Assembly (NCBI GenBank): GCA_963781585.1
Contig: CAWAGQ010000015.1
Span: 1 to 64,000, forward strand
Source of the DNA: an uncultured Gemmatimonadaceae bacterium
GTDB taxonomy: Bacteria; Gemmatimonadota; Gemmatimonadetes; Gemmatimonadales; Gemmatimonadaceae
Length of the DNA: 64,000 nt
Direction: 5' to 3'
Part shown: one piece after another, positions 46,578 through 56,473 of the stretch
Numbering within the stretch: the stretch's first letter is position 1
Layout of the letters: each line of letters opens with the position of its first letter
Made by a program: the position numbers and the translations under genes
The notes under the pieces: model-generated
What the model saw: only the letters and a program-made list of their open reading frames with translations
Database searches by the model: none
Told to the model about the DNA's origin: nothing

Positions 46578-48689
46578 TCAGGACTTCTTCGGTGCGAGCT
46601 TGATCGATCCCTGCGCCTCCCGTGCGCGCAGCACCGCCATCACGTCGCCCAGCGGCAGCGGCGTGAACTCGCCCGAGAGAAAGTCCCGGATCTGCAATAC
46701 CGAGAGGTGTTTGCCGAGCAGGATGCTGAACTCCGCGTTGAACTCGTCAGGCAGCGAAGGGCCTCCAGCTCCGCGGCCTCCTCTCCCTCCGCCTCCACCA
46801 CCTCCTCCTCCCCCTCCCCGACCCCCGCGTCCTCCCGCGTTAGGCACCTGCTCCACGACAAGGTTCGCCGCCTCCCGTTCCTCGGTCGTCATCGCCGGCT
46901 CCGGTGCCGGCACCCCGCGCTGCACGGCCTGGAGCTGGTAGGCGGCCTTCGCCTCGCTCAACAGACCAACGGCGCGCTGATCGATCAGCGGCTCGAACGC
47001 CGCCGTCCGCTTGTTCCCCTCATCGACATTGGTCCACAGCACGCTCGCTGACCGCACGACCGCCTTCTCGATGCGTGCCTGATGCTGGATGGCCACGCGT
47101 GCTTCCTTGTACGCCCGCAGGAGTGACGCCGCATCGGTCGCGTCGGCCATGTAGCCCAGCCCCTTGGTGTGCGACTCACCCATCCGCGAGAGCCCGCGGC
47201 CCAGGTTCTCGTTCACCACCCGCGCGGCCATCTCGTCGGTTCCGGTGGACAGTACGGCGAGGGCGCCAAGTCCCACTGCCGCCGCGCGCTTGTACTGGGT
47301 GGGGTCCTGCTTGTCGGGGGTGTCCTCCGACGAGTGATACCACATGTCGGGCCAGGTAATGAACATGACCGCCGGAATGCCGTGCTGCATATAGGTCACG
47401 TGGTCGCTCGACCCGTAGTGCTTGTCGATCCTGATGTAGAAGGCGTCCTTGCTGCCGCGCGGTGATTCCACGGGCTCCGTGGGCGCGTACCCACCCCGGC
47501 GGTACCGCACCCGTTCGCGCGAGATATCGGCGATGTATTCCATCACGCTCTGGGCGATGTCGTTCAGGTATGACGGGAACGTGTCGGGAGTGCGTTGCAG
47601 TACCCAGTAGCTTCGGCTGTCGCCGACCCGTATCGCCTCCATGTCGAAGTTGAGCGTACCGATGATGTTTTTCGCCTTCTGTGGGTGCGCGTTGAGAAAA
47701 GCGTTCGTCCCGGAGATCTCGGGCACCCACTGGAAGTTGATCGTTCGCCCGGGGCGGGGCAGCTTCCCCTCGGCGATCAGCTTGAGATAGGCCCGTCCGA
47801 TCTCGAGCGTCAGGGCACACCCCGAGTTGTCGTCGTTGGCCCCCTGCTTAATCACCCCCTCGTAGAGGTGCCCGCTGAGGGCCACTTCCTGCGTCGTGCT
47901 CCCGTCACCCGGGATCTCGGCGTGGACGTACTCCGCCTTGTTAGGCACCTCGACACTCTTCGTGATGGACCGGATAGTGATGTGGTCGCCGCGGAGGAGC
48001 TGCGCCTCGAGCTCGTGGTGTACTTCCGGCGTGACCGACCAGGCGACGGTCCCGGGTTGCGCGTTCACCGTGGACGAGACGATCTGGTTCGGGAAGTCGA
48101 TCGCGCGCTGATAGCCGATGGCGCTGATCCCGAGGACGCCGATGGCGCCGCGTTGCACCGCCTGCTGGTAGGTGGCGTTGGTGGACCCTGACGACAGGAC
48201 GAACTTCCCCTTCACGTCCTTCCCGTCGAAGTCCTGCGCCCGCCCCGGTCCGACATCCACCAGGTCAGCCGAGAGGTCGCCGTTGGCGTTGAGCGAGGCG
48301 AGGGCAAGTGCGAGGTCGTGGATGTCGAACAGCTTCACGCTCTTGGGCGCGGTCATCCACAGCTCGCCCTGGGTGGGCTGCCAGGCCGTGCCGCCCGACT
48401 GAAACACTTCTATGGATACGTTGCTGAAGCCGTACTGCTTCGCGAAGTCGGCCATCACGCGGCTCTCGCGATATGGTCCCGAGTACTCCTCCGGCAGCCG
48501 CACGCGCTGGTACGGCACGAGTTCGAGCACCTGGTGCATCGCGCGTTCGCCCGACACCTCGTTGATGATGGCGGTCATCTGCTCCTGCGTGAGGAGTGTG
48601 CGGTCCTCGCGTTCCTGCGCGGCGAGGGACGCAGAGGCAGCGGGTGCGGCCAGAACGACCACGGTCAGCGCGAGTGCGGTGCGTGTCAT
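46578..48689 (-). CDS. Secreted M28-family metallopeptidase with PA domain
   Basis: Signal peptide from MTRTAL; SGHLYE, GANDDNSG, VPEISG, NFDM, SSDH, YHSSED. Confidence 0.88.
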   Translation of the reverse strand: MTRTALALTVVVLAAPAASASLAAQEREDRTLLTQEQMTAIINEVSGERAMHQVLELVPYQRVRLPEEYSGPYRESRVMADFAKQYGFSNVSIEVFQSGGTAWQPTQGELWMTAPKSVKLFDIHDLALALASLNANGDLSADLVDVGPGRAQDFDGKDVKGKFVLSSGSTNATYQQAVQRGAIGVLGISAIGYQRAIDFPNQIVSSTVNAQPGTVAWSVTPEVHHELEAQLLRGDHITIRSITKSVEVPNKAEYVHAEIPGDGSTTQEVALSGHLYEGVIKQGANDDNSGCALTLEIGRAYLKLIAEGKLPRPGRTINFQWVPEISGTNAFLNAHPQKAKNIIGTLNFDMEAIRVGDSRSYWVLQRTPDTFPSYLNDIAQSVMEYIADISRERVRYRRGGYAPTEPVESPRGSKDAFYIRIDKHYGSSDHVTYMQHGIPAVMFITWPDMWYHSSEDTPDKQDPTQYKRAAAVGLGALAVLSTGTDEMAARVVNENLGRGLSRMGESHTKGLGYMADATDAASLLRAYKEARVAIQHQARIEKAVVRSASVLWTNVDEGNKRTAAFEPLIDQRAVGLLSEAKAAYQLQAVQRGVPAPEPAMTTEEREAANLVVEQVPNAGGRGGRGGGGGGGGGGGRGGRGAGGPSLPDEFNAEFSILLGKHLSVLQIRDFLSGEFTPLPLGDVMAVLRAREAQGSIKLAPKKS

Positions 48690-49259
48690 GAGCGGCGACG
48701 TGGGGGGGGCGGCGTGCGACGGAGGGCTACGCGAGAGTATACGCCCCGACGACGGCCGGTGCGAGCATGTGACCCGCGAGCGGCGCGGGGCTCGACCACC
48801 GCCTGCCAACCGGCGCGGCCGGCCTGGCGACCGCCCGCGCTCCGTCAGTCTGCTCGCATCACCGTGGTCGGATCCATACGCGATGCGCGGCGCCCGGGAA
48901 TCGGGCTCGCCAGCACGGTCCAGGTCACCCAGGCTGCTCACGCGCGCGTTCGCGCGCGGTTTCGGCGTCGGGGCCGCCTCCGAGCGCACCCGTCACTGCC
49001 GGGGTGGTCCGCACCACCGGCCGAGACCGCGTCACGGTATCCACCTGTCGTCCGCCCGCTTGTCCCTTCCCGCTGCCCTGTCGAGGCATTCCGGACCTCG
49101 CCGGCGGGGAGAGGAGACGTCGCCACGCCGGCTTCACTCGAAGATGGCCCGGCCGATGAATGGCGTCGCCAGGCCCGCCGCCCTTAGGTTGACCGGCAGC
49201 GAGCAACCTGGCGCGCGAAGTCGCGGTCGAGGCCATCCCGCCTCGAGCGGGGGCCGGCT

Positions 49260-49380
49260 TCTCGTCAGGCGCTGCGCCGCCCCTTCGGGCACGGGAGGCG
49301 CACGACAAAGCGGTCCACCGGACCCCGTTGACGTGCGCCCCCGTGCCCGAAGGCGCTTCAACCCGGGTCTCGTCAGGCGC
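49260..49380. other. Long hairpin flanked by 13-bp direct repeats
   Basis: TCTCGTCAGGCGC at 49260-49272 and 49368-49380; stem 49282-49304 pairs with 49332-49353. Confidence 0.55.
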
Positions 49381-49419
49381 CAGCCGGCGCGGCAAGTCCC
49401 CTTTCCCGAGGTCCGTCAC

Positions 49420-49572
49420 ATGCTCCTGACCATCGCAATCATTCTGCTGTTTCTATGGATGCTGGGTATGGTCTCGTCCTACACGTTTGGCGGCTTCCTC
49501 CATATCCTGCTCATCCTGGCCATCATCGTGGTGCTGGTCCGCATCATCAGCGGCCGCCGACCGGTGCTCTGA
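49420..49572 (+). CDS. lmo0937-family small membrane protein (50 aa)
   Basis: MLLTIAIILLFLWMLG..YTFGGFLHILLILAIIVVLVRIISGRR. Confidence 0.88.
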   Translation: MLLTIAIILLFLWMLGMVSSYTFGGFLHILLILAIIVVLVRIISGRRPVL

Positions 49573-49608
49573 CGCACCCGGTTGGCTTCCCGCCGACCGG
49601 GCGCAATG

Positions 49609-49656
49609 CGCATTCGGCCGCTCATCCACCAGTGGATGGGCGGCCGAATGCGTTTT
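49609..49656 (+). terminator. Intrinsic terminator
   Basis: 20-bp stem CGCATTCGGCCGCTCATCCA / TGGATGGGCGGCCGAATGCG (one G-U pair) followed by TTTT. Confidence 0.75.
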
Positions 49657-49858
49657 GCGCCGATACTGGCTACGGATGCGTCCGCGGTCGGACCACCTCC
49701 GCGATCAGTGCCTGCTGCCAACAGTCCACCGCGGTGGCGACTGTGCATTGGCCCACGGAGAGATGGCGTTAGGCAGCGGTCGGGGTCGCCAGGGATGTGG
49801 AACGCCGCGAGTCGGTCCTGGTACGACCACCCACTCCATACCGAGGCGGCATACCCCG

Positions 49859-50323
49859 ATGATTCCCGACACCGCACCTCCGCTCCCACCGCGTCCCTTC
49901 TCGCGGTTTGCCCAGCGTATCGCCAACACGGCCGGCCGGCCCGCGGCCTTCGTCGTCGCCGTGGCGGGCCTGGTCGTCTGGGCCGTGTTCGGACCGGTGT
50001 TCCGGTTCAGCGATACCTGGCAGCTGTTGATCAATACCATGACCACCATCATCACCTTCCTGATGGTGTTCCTCATCCAGAATACGCAGAATCGCGACAG
50101 CCTGAGCATTCACATCAAGCTCGACGAGTTGATCCGCACCCATCGGGCAGCCCGCAACGCGCTGATGATGCTCGAGCAACTCGATGACGACGATCTGCAG
50201 CGGATGCGGAACCAGCTGGAGGGCGTTGCCCGGGATGGTCCCGCGGCGGAGATACCGACGGCGCGGCATCCGCGTCGCCGCCGCGGCGCGCGCCGCCGTC
50301 CACGCCCGGGGCGCACCGGATAG
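49859..50323 (+). CDS. Low-affinity iron permease family (Fet4-like) protein
   Basis: FSDTWQLLINTMTTIITFLMVFLIQNTQNRD..KLDELI. Confidence 0.92.
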   Translation: MIPDTAPPLPPRPFSRFAQRIANTAGRPAAFVVAVAGLVVWAVFGPVFRFSDTWQLLINTMTTIITFLMVFLIQNTQNRDSLSIHIKLDELIRTHRAARNALMMLEQLDDDDLQRMRNQLEGVARDGPAAEIPTARHPRRRRGARRRPRPGRTG

Positions 50324-50504
50324 GCGTCTCGTGCACCGGTGTCGATTGTCGAGGAACGGACGGACGTCGGGGCTGTTGGCGCACCGCCGGCGCACTGTAA
50401 GGCGACGGGCGACTTGACGGGCAAGGGACGGCGAAGACATTCGTCGTCGGCAACGCGCGATTCCTCCCGTTCGGGAACGCGGCAGCATGGGCCGGAGATC
50501 CTCC

Positions 50505-51302
50505 ATGACCAGGCAGGAGCAGAAAGCGCTCGACTTCCGCGCCCTCCACATCGGCGCGCCGTTCGTTATTCCCAACCCGTGGGACGCGGGCTCTGCCCGA
50601 GTGTTCGCCGCACTGGGCTTCAAGGCGCTGGCCACCACGAGTTCGGGATTCGCGTTCACGCTCGGGCGCAGAGACGGTAGCGTCACCCTGGATGAGATGG
50701 TAGAACACGCGCGGGCGCTCGATCGGGCCACCAAACTGCCGGTATCGGTCGACCTGGAGAACGGCTACGGTCCGCTGCCGGAGGACGCCGCGAATGCGAT
50801 CGTACGGATCGCCGGAGCCGGCGCGGTCGGCGGATCCATTGAAGACTACGACCGCGACGGCGACTTCCTGTATGACTTGGGGCTCGCCACCGAGCGGGTC
50901 GCCGCGGCGGCGCGCGCCGCGCACGGCCTCGCGTTTCCGTTCACGCTGACGGCGCGTGCTGAGAACCTCATCCGTGGCAATCCCGATCTCGGGGATACCA
51001 TCGCGCGTCTCCAGGCGTTCGAGGCGGCCGGGGCCGATGTCCTGTACGCCCCGGGACTGCGGACGATCGACGAGATACGTGCAGTGTGCCGAGCGCTGTC
51101 CAGACCGGTGAACGTGCTGGCGCGATCCGATCTTCCGGTCGCAGCGATCTTCGAGGCCGGCGCCCAGCGCGTCAGCGTGGGCGGTGCTCTCACCTGGGTT
51201 GCGGTCAAGGCGATGGCCGATGCCGCCACCGCGATCCGTGATGGCGGAGATCTTTCCCCGCTGGCCGCCCGTGTTCCGCTGGACGCGTGGTTCGGGCGCT
51301 GA
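50505..51302 (+). CDS. Isocitrate lyase / PEP mutase family protein
   Basis: PNPWDAGSA, LATTSSG, VDLENGYG, GGSIED, ARAEN, GADVLYAPG. Confidence 0.92.
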   Translation: MTRQEQKALDFRALHIGAPFVIPNPWDAGSARVFAALGFKALATTSSGFAFTLGRRDGSVTLDEMVEHARALDRATKLPVSVDLENGYGPLPEDAANAIVRIAGAGAVGGSIEDYDRDGDFLYDLGLATERVAAAARAAHGLAFPFTLTARAENLIRGNPDLGDTIARLQAFEAAGADVLYAPGLRTIDEIRAVCRALSRPVNVLARSDLPVAAIFEAGAQRVSVGGALTWVAVKAMADAATAIRDGGDLSPLAARVPLDAWFGR

Positions 51303-51584
51303 GCGGTCTGGACGCGGAGCCGATTCGACGGCGGCGAGGTTGTCACGCAGGACGTTGGCATGGAGCTGCGCCCTGCGACGTCGCTAGCGCATCCGGGGCG
51401 CGCTCCGCCGCTCGTGGTTGGACTGCAGCCTCTGCAGCACGAGGGCGGCCTCAGGCGCAACGGAAGAGTTGGTCAGGAGACGCGCGGGGCACATTGCGTT
51501 TTGTGCTCCTTCAGCCTATCAAGGATCCCCTTCGTTACGGCGTTCACTGCGAACGTGACCACGCATCGCCTCGGAGAACAAGTC

Positions 51585-52463
51585 ATGACCAGCGCGCCAC
51601 TCAAGACCCCGCCGACCGGAACGGCGGCGATCAGCGATCACGACACGCACCAGGTCGAGCGCGCGAACGCCACGGGACGCGTGCCGGTGGTGTTCGTCCA
51701 TGGACTCTGGCTGCTGCCGAGCAGCTGGGACCGATGGGCCACGCTGTTCGATGACGCGGGGTACGCCGCGCTCACCCCCGGATGGCCGGACGATCCCGAG
51801 ACGGTCGGAGCGGCGAAGGCGCATCCCGAGGTCTTCGCGCACAAGACCGTTGGGCAGGTCGCCACGCATCTGGAAGGGATCATTCGCGCGCTCGACCGGA
51901 AGCCCGCGATCATCGGCCACTCGTTTGGCGGGTTACTCGTTCAGATCCTCGCCGGGCGCGGACTGGCGCACGCCACGGTCGCGATCGATCCCGCGCCGTT
52001 TCGCGGGGTGCTCCCCCTGCCCTATTCGGCGCTCCGTTCGGCGTGGCCCGTGCTGCACAATCCGGCGAACGTGCACCGCGCGGTGCCGCTCACCTTCGAG
52101 CAATTCCGCTTCGGATTCGCCAACGCGGTGAGCGAGGAGGAGGCCAAATCGCTCTACGAGACCTTTGCGGTACCCGCGTCAGGCACTCCAATCTTCGAAG
52201 CGGCCACCGCGAACATCAATCCGTGGACCGAGGTGAAGGTCGATACCATGAACCCGGCGCGCGGGCCGATGCTGATCATCTCAGGCGACAAGGATCACAC
52301 GGTGCCCTGGGCGATCGCGAACGCATCGTACAAGAAGCAGAAGCGCAATCCCGGGGTCACCGAGGTGGTCAAGATGAAGAACCGCGGGCACGCGCTGACC
52401 ATCGACAGCGGATGGCGCGAGGTGGCCGATACCGCGCTCGCGTTCGTCAGGCGGTTCGGCTGA
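51585..52463 (+). CDS. Alpha/beta hydrolase (non-heme haloperoxidase-like)
   Basis: VFVHGLW, GHSFGG, KDHTVP, RGHAL. Confidence 0.88.
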   Translation: MTSAPLKTPPTGTAAISDHDTHQVERANATGRVPVVFVHGLWLLPSSWDRWATLFDDAGYAALTPGWPDDPETVGAAKAHPEVFAHKTVGQVATHLEGIIRALDRKPAIIGHSFGGLLVQILAGRGLAHATVAIDPAPFRGVLPLPYSALRSAWPVLHNPANVHRAVPLTFEQFRFGFANAVSEEEAKSLYETFAVPASGTPIFEAATANINPWTEVKVDTMNPARGPMLIISGDKDHTVPWAIANASYKKQKRNPGVTEVVKMKNRGHALTIDSGWREVADTALAFVRRFG

Positions 52464-52550
52464 AGAACCCGCGCCGGCGGTACGGAACCGATTGCGACCC
52501 GTACCCGTGTCGTGGACTCACCACGACGCGCGCCGGCTCCCGCCTCGGCC

Positions 52551-53264
52551 TCACTCCCGCGCCGCCGATCCCCCCGGCCGCTGGCCGTAGTACGCCTCAG
52601 GGCCGTGCTTCCGCCGGAAGTGCCGCGCCAGGAGCGCCGGGGCGATCATCCCGGCGCCTGCCTCGAGGGTCAGCGTGCGATACGCCATCGTCGCCACCTC
52701 CTCCAGCATCGACGCGCACTCCACCGCGTCGCCCACCGACCGCCCCCAGCAGAAACTCGCGTGACCGGCCACCAGCACGGCCGGCATCTCGAGTGGATCG
52801 AGTTCTGCGAACCGGCGCACGATCGCGCGCCCGGTGTTCGCCTCGTACTCCCGTTCGATCTGGTCGTCGTCCAGCGGGTCGGTGACCGGGACCGGTCCGT
52901 TGAAGTAGTCGGCATGGGTGGTCCCGAGACACGGGATCTCGCGGCGCGCCTGCGCCCAGGCGGTGGCGTACGGGGAATGGGTGTGCACCACGCCGCCGAT
53001 CGCCGGCCAGGCGCAGTACAGCTGAAGGTGCGTCGCCAGATCGGATGACGGGCGGAACTTCCCCTCCACCACCTGTCCCTGCAGGTCGGTGATCACCATG
53101 TTCCGCAGCGTCAGGCTCTCGTAAGGCACCCCGCTCGGCTTGATCGCAACCAGCTGACTGTCGCGATCGATCGCGCTGGCGTTGCCGAACGTGTAGTGCG
53201 CCAGGTCCCGGCGCTGGAGCTCGGCGTTGGCTTCGAGCACCTGCTCGCGGAGCGCGCGCGTCAT
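52551..53264 (-). CDS. araD: L-ribulose-5-phosphate 4-epimerase
   Basis: TFGNAS, IKPSGV, PSSDLATH, VHTHS, GTTHADYF, RKHGPEAYYGQ. Confidence 0.95.
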   Translation of the reverse strand: MTRALREQVLEANAELQRRDLAHYTFGNASAIDRDSQLVAIKPSGVPYESLTLRNMVITDLQGQVVEGKFRPSSDLATHLQLYCAWPAIGGVVHTHSPYATAWAQARREIPCLGTTHADYFNGPVPVTDPLDDDQIEREYEANTGRAIVRRFAELDPLEMPAVLVAGHASFCWGRSVGDAVECASMLEEVATMAYRTLTLEAGAGMIAPALLARHFRRKHGPEAYYGQRPGGSAARE

Positions 53265-55084
53265 GCGATGCCCGCCCGTTCCTTCGCCTTCCCGATGATC
53301 GCCGCCATCACATCGCGGTACTTCGTGAACGTGTCGTCCACCACCTGCAGCGTGGGGATTGCGTTAGGCGAGAGGTTGAGCGTCTCGGCGTTGAACCGGC
53401 CGAACCCGGATTCGTGCACCCCGCTGCTGCCGCGCCCGGGCGCCGGGCTGCTGAGGTGCTGGAAGAAGCGCGCGTACTTCCGCCAGATGGCGCCCCCACC
53501 GGCGTGATACATCGGGATGAACCCGTACAGCGCGTCGTACGGCATCTCCCCGACGCACACCACCTTGGGGTACCTGGTCCGCAGGTTCGTCACCAGCCGC
53601 TTCGTCCCCTCGTGCATGTCGCCGGTGGTGCTGTTCACGTGCCCGCCCACGATGTCGAGGAAGTACGCGTCCACGCCGTAGCGGTCGATAGTGTCCGCGA
53701 TGCGCCCTTCCATCCAGGTGCGCCACGAATCGGCGCCGAGGTTCATGTAGGTGAGCCAACCGTCCTGATGTCGGTCGTTGTTCCAGTCCACCCAGTTCAG
53801 GTTGTAGATGTCACCGTCGATCTTGTGCGTCGCGCCGCTCTCGATGCGCGGCCAGCTGGCGAGTTTCCGGTTGGCCGCGTTGGTCCCGAACATCGGCATC
53901 ATCCGGAAACCGAGCTTCTGCCCTTCGCTGATCAATCGGCGGAATCCCGCTTCGCCGCCCATCCGGTCCGACGCCCGGTATTCCGGATAGTCCCAGTAGT
54001 AGCGCCCGTCCCAGGCCGAGATGAACGCCAACACCCGATCGGCCGGAATCTGCGTCGCCATCCAGCGGAGGATCTCCAGCATCCGGGCATAGTCGTTGAA
54101 CATGAAGCCCGTGTAGTGCATCCCGTGCAGCGTGGTGACCATCGCAATCTGCCGCATCCAGGCCGGCACGTCGTCGCGCTCGTCCCACTCGCGCAGCCCG
54201 TGCGCCCGCTCCAGGTGCTCGATGTGCGGCGCCAGCGCCGCCTCCATCGACGGCGCGCGGCCAAGGCGCCAGCGTGGAACCTCGACTCGCATGTCGTTGC
54301 GCCATCCGTCGTGCTCGTACACAGCCTCGACGCGATAGGCGCTCTCTCCCGGCTGAAAGTGGAATCGCTTCGGTCGCACCCGGTCGTCGAGCGACGAAAT
54401 GAAGAACACGTCCTGCGCGCCCGGCGCCTGGACCATCGCCAGCGGGGTCGCCATGCCGGCCGCGGAACCCGGGCCGTGCAGATCGCCGGCGCCGAACGTG
54501 TAGCCGCCGAGCATTTCCCCATCGCGCGGGTCGAAGAAGTTGCCACCGCCGAGCGAGAGCTGTCCACGCGGCACGTCGCGGATGATCGTCGTGACGGTCT
54601 TGACCGGGCGCCGCATCTCCACCACCGCATCCCACTCCACCGTGGACCCGTTTCGCCGAAAGGTGGCGGTGAGTTTCCCCGGTGCCTTCTCCTGTCCGCC
54701 CGCCCACACGAAACCGTCGCACGTCAGGCGCATTTCGTCGCCTGTCACCGCGGCGGTCATCGCATCACGGTCGAGGCTGTAGGTATTCTCATCGGTGAAA
54801 ACGAGGAAGCCGAAGCGCAGGTCGGCAAATGCCACCGACGGTTCGGGATTGTCGAAGCTGAACTTCATGTACGCGCGACCTCGCGGCGGCACGAACACGT
54901 CGCTCGTGGACGTGAGCGGGAAGATGTCGCCCGGCGCATGGCGCAACGCGGCGCCAGGTGCGACCAGTGCGGGTCCCGCCCGCTCGGCGTCGTGCAGCAC
55001 TCCCTCGGCGTCCGGGATCAGGCTTCCGGCGCCAACGGCCCCCACGACCTTGATCCAGTCGCGGCGCGAGATCGACTCATCCAT
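53261..55084 (-). CDS. Tat-exported uncharacterised protein, probable TIM-barrel glycoside hydrolase
   Basis: SRRDWIK Tat motif; WDGRYYWDYP, MGGEAGFRRLI, YGVDAYFLD, VGE; ATGA overlap with araD. Confidence 0.65.
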   Translation of the reverse strand: MDESISRRDWIKVVGAVGAGSLIPDAEGVLHDAERAGPALVAPGAALRHAPGDIFPLTSTSDVFVPPRGRAYMKFSFDNPEPSVAFADLRFGFLVFTDENTYSLDRDAMTAAVTGDEMRLTCDGFVWAGGQEKAPGKLTATFRRNGSTVEWDAVVEMRRPVKTVTTIIRDVPRGQLSLGGGNFFDPRDGEMLGGYTFGAGDLHGPGSAAGMATPLAMVQAPGAQDVFFISSLDDRVRPKRFHFQPGESAYRVEAVYEHDGWRNDMRVEVPRWRLGRAPSMEAALAPHIEHLERAHGLREWDERDDVPAWMRQIAMVTTLHGMHYTGFMFNDYARMLEILRWMATQIPADRVLAFISAWDGRYYWDYPEYRASDRMGGEAGFRRLISEGQKLGFRMMPMFGTNAANRKLASWPRIESGATHKIDGDIYNLNWVDWNNDRHQDGWLTYMNLGADSWRTWMEGRIADTIDRYGVDAYFLDIVGGHVNSTTGDMHEGTKRLVTNLRTRYPKVVCVGEMPYDALYGFIPMYHAGGGAIWRKYARFFQHLSSPAPGRGSSGVHESGFGRFNAETLNLSPNAIPTLQVVDDTFTKYRDVMAAIIGKAKERAGIA

Positions 55085-55223
55085 ACGCTCGTCCCCTCCG
55101 TCCCCATGGAACGTGGCCGGCGACGCACCTGGGCACCGCGGGCGCATTGCGGTCCGGCGACGCCTCGATAATGTAGGGGCGACCGCCTCTCCGCGAGGCC
55201 GGCACGACCATCCTCCAGAGCCG

Positions 55224-56411
55224 ATGCGCAGGCACCTCACCCCGGCGGCCCTTCTATTATGTATCCTCGGAACCGCCGGATGCGCCGGCGGTTCCCGCGA
55301 TCAGGGCTCATCCTCGACTGGCCGCAGCGCGGATCGCACGATGACGAACCATCCGTCGGTCGCCTCCGCGCCGTTCGGCGTCCTGCCGAGCGGCGATTCC
55401 GTTTCGATCTATACGATCACCAACCGGCACGGCCTGGAGGTGCGCGCCATGCCGTTCGGCGCCGAGATCGTCTCCATCCGCACTCCCGACCGGAACGGCG
55501 CATTCGCCGACATTACCCTCGGCTTCGATTCGCTGGCGGGCTATGAGGAGAACGCGCCGTACTTCGGGGCGCTGGTAGGGCGCTACGCCAATCGCATCGC
55601 ACGGGGACGCTTCACGCTCGATGGCACGACCTACCGGCTGGCCACCAACAACGGGGTGAATGCGTTGCACGGCGGTGTGCGCGGATTCAACAAGGTGCTC
55701 TGGCAGGCGACTCCATTCGAGCACGACAGCTCCGCCGGCGTGGAGCTGCGCTACACCAGTCCGGACGGTGAGGAGGGCTATCCGGGCACGCTGCAGGTGC
55801 TGGTGACTTACACGCTCGGCGACGATGATCGGCTCGAGGTGGACTATCACGCGACGACCGACAAGGCGACGCCGGTGAATCTCTCGCAGCACAGCTATTT
55901 CAATCTGGCGGGAGAAGGGTCGGGCGACGTACTCGGCCAGGTGCTGACGATAGACGCGGACCGGTTCATTCCGGTGGATTCGACGTTGATCCCGATCGGG
56001 GAGCTCAAGGCGGTCCGGGGTACCGCATTCGATTTTCGCACGCCGACGCCGATCGGGGCCCGGATCGAGGCGGCCGACATGCAGCTTGCGGATGGTCATG
56101 GTTATGACCACACCTTCGTGCTCAACCGGAGCGACACGGGGCTGGTGCATGCGGCCCACGTCCTCGACCCGACCTCGGGGCGCACGCTCGACGTCTGGAC
56201 CACCGAGCCGGGAGTGCAGTTCTACACGGGTAACTTTCTCGATGGGACGGTGATCGGGAAGAACGGACACGCCTACGTGCGGCGGGGCGGCTTCTGTCTC
56301 GAGACCCAGCACTTCCCGGATTCGCCTAACGAGCCGAGGTTCCCGTCGACGATTCTGCGTCCAGGCCAGGAATTCCGGTCGAAGACGGTATTCGGATTTG
56401 GCAGGCAGTAG
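55224..56411 (+). CDS. galM: Aldose 1-epimerase (mutarotase) with lipoprotein signal
   Basis: Lipobox TAGC; GRYANRI, LHGG, EEGYPG, NLSQHSYFNL, QFYTGN, CLETQHFPD. Confidence 0.95.
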   Translation: MRRHLTPAALLLCILGTAGCAGGSRDQGSSSTGRSADRTMTNHPSVASAPFGVLPSGDSVSIYTITNRHGLEVRAMPFGAEIVSIRTPDRNGAFADITLGFDSLAGYEENAPYFGALVGRYANRIARGRFTLDGTTYRLATNNGVNALHGGVRGFNKVLWQATPFEHDSSAGVELRYTSPDGEEGYPGTLQVLVTYTLGDDDRLEVDYHATTDKATPVNLSQHSYFNLAGEGSGDVLGQVLTIDADRFIPVDSTLIPIGELKAVRGTAFDFRTPTPIGARIEAADMQLADGHGYDHTFVLNRSDTGLVHAAHVLDPTSGRTLDVWTTEPGVQFYTGNFLDGTVIGKNGHAYVRRGGFCLETQHFPDSPNEPRFPSTILRPGQEFRSKTVFGFGRQ

Positions 56412-56417
56412 ATGGAA

Positions 56418-56453
56418 TCAGCCGTCAGCGAAACCAGCTGTCAGCGATCAGCA
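56418..56453. repeat. TCAGCNN heptamer array
   Basis: tcagccg tcagcg..ccagctg tcagcga tcagca. Confidence 0.6.
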
Positions 56454-56473
56454 TTTCCCGACCCTTTCAACCC

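Noticed and set aside
48690..49259. N-terminal ORF extensions or small ORFs in the gap
   Set aside because: No recognisable domain; the M28 signal peptide begins at 48689 and the lmo0937-family protein at 49420.
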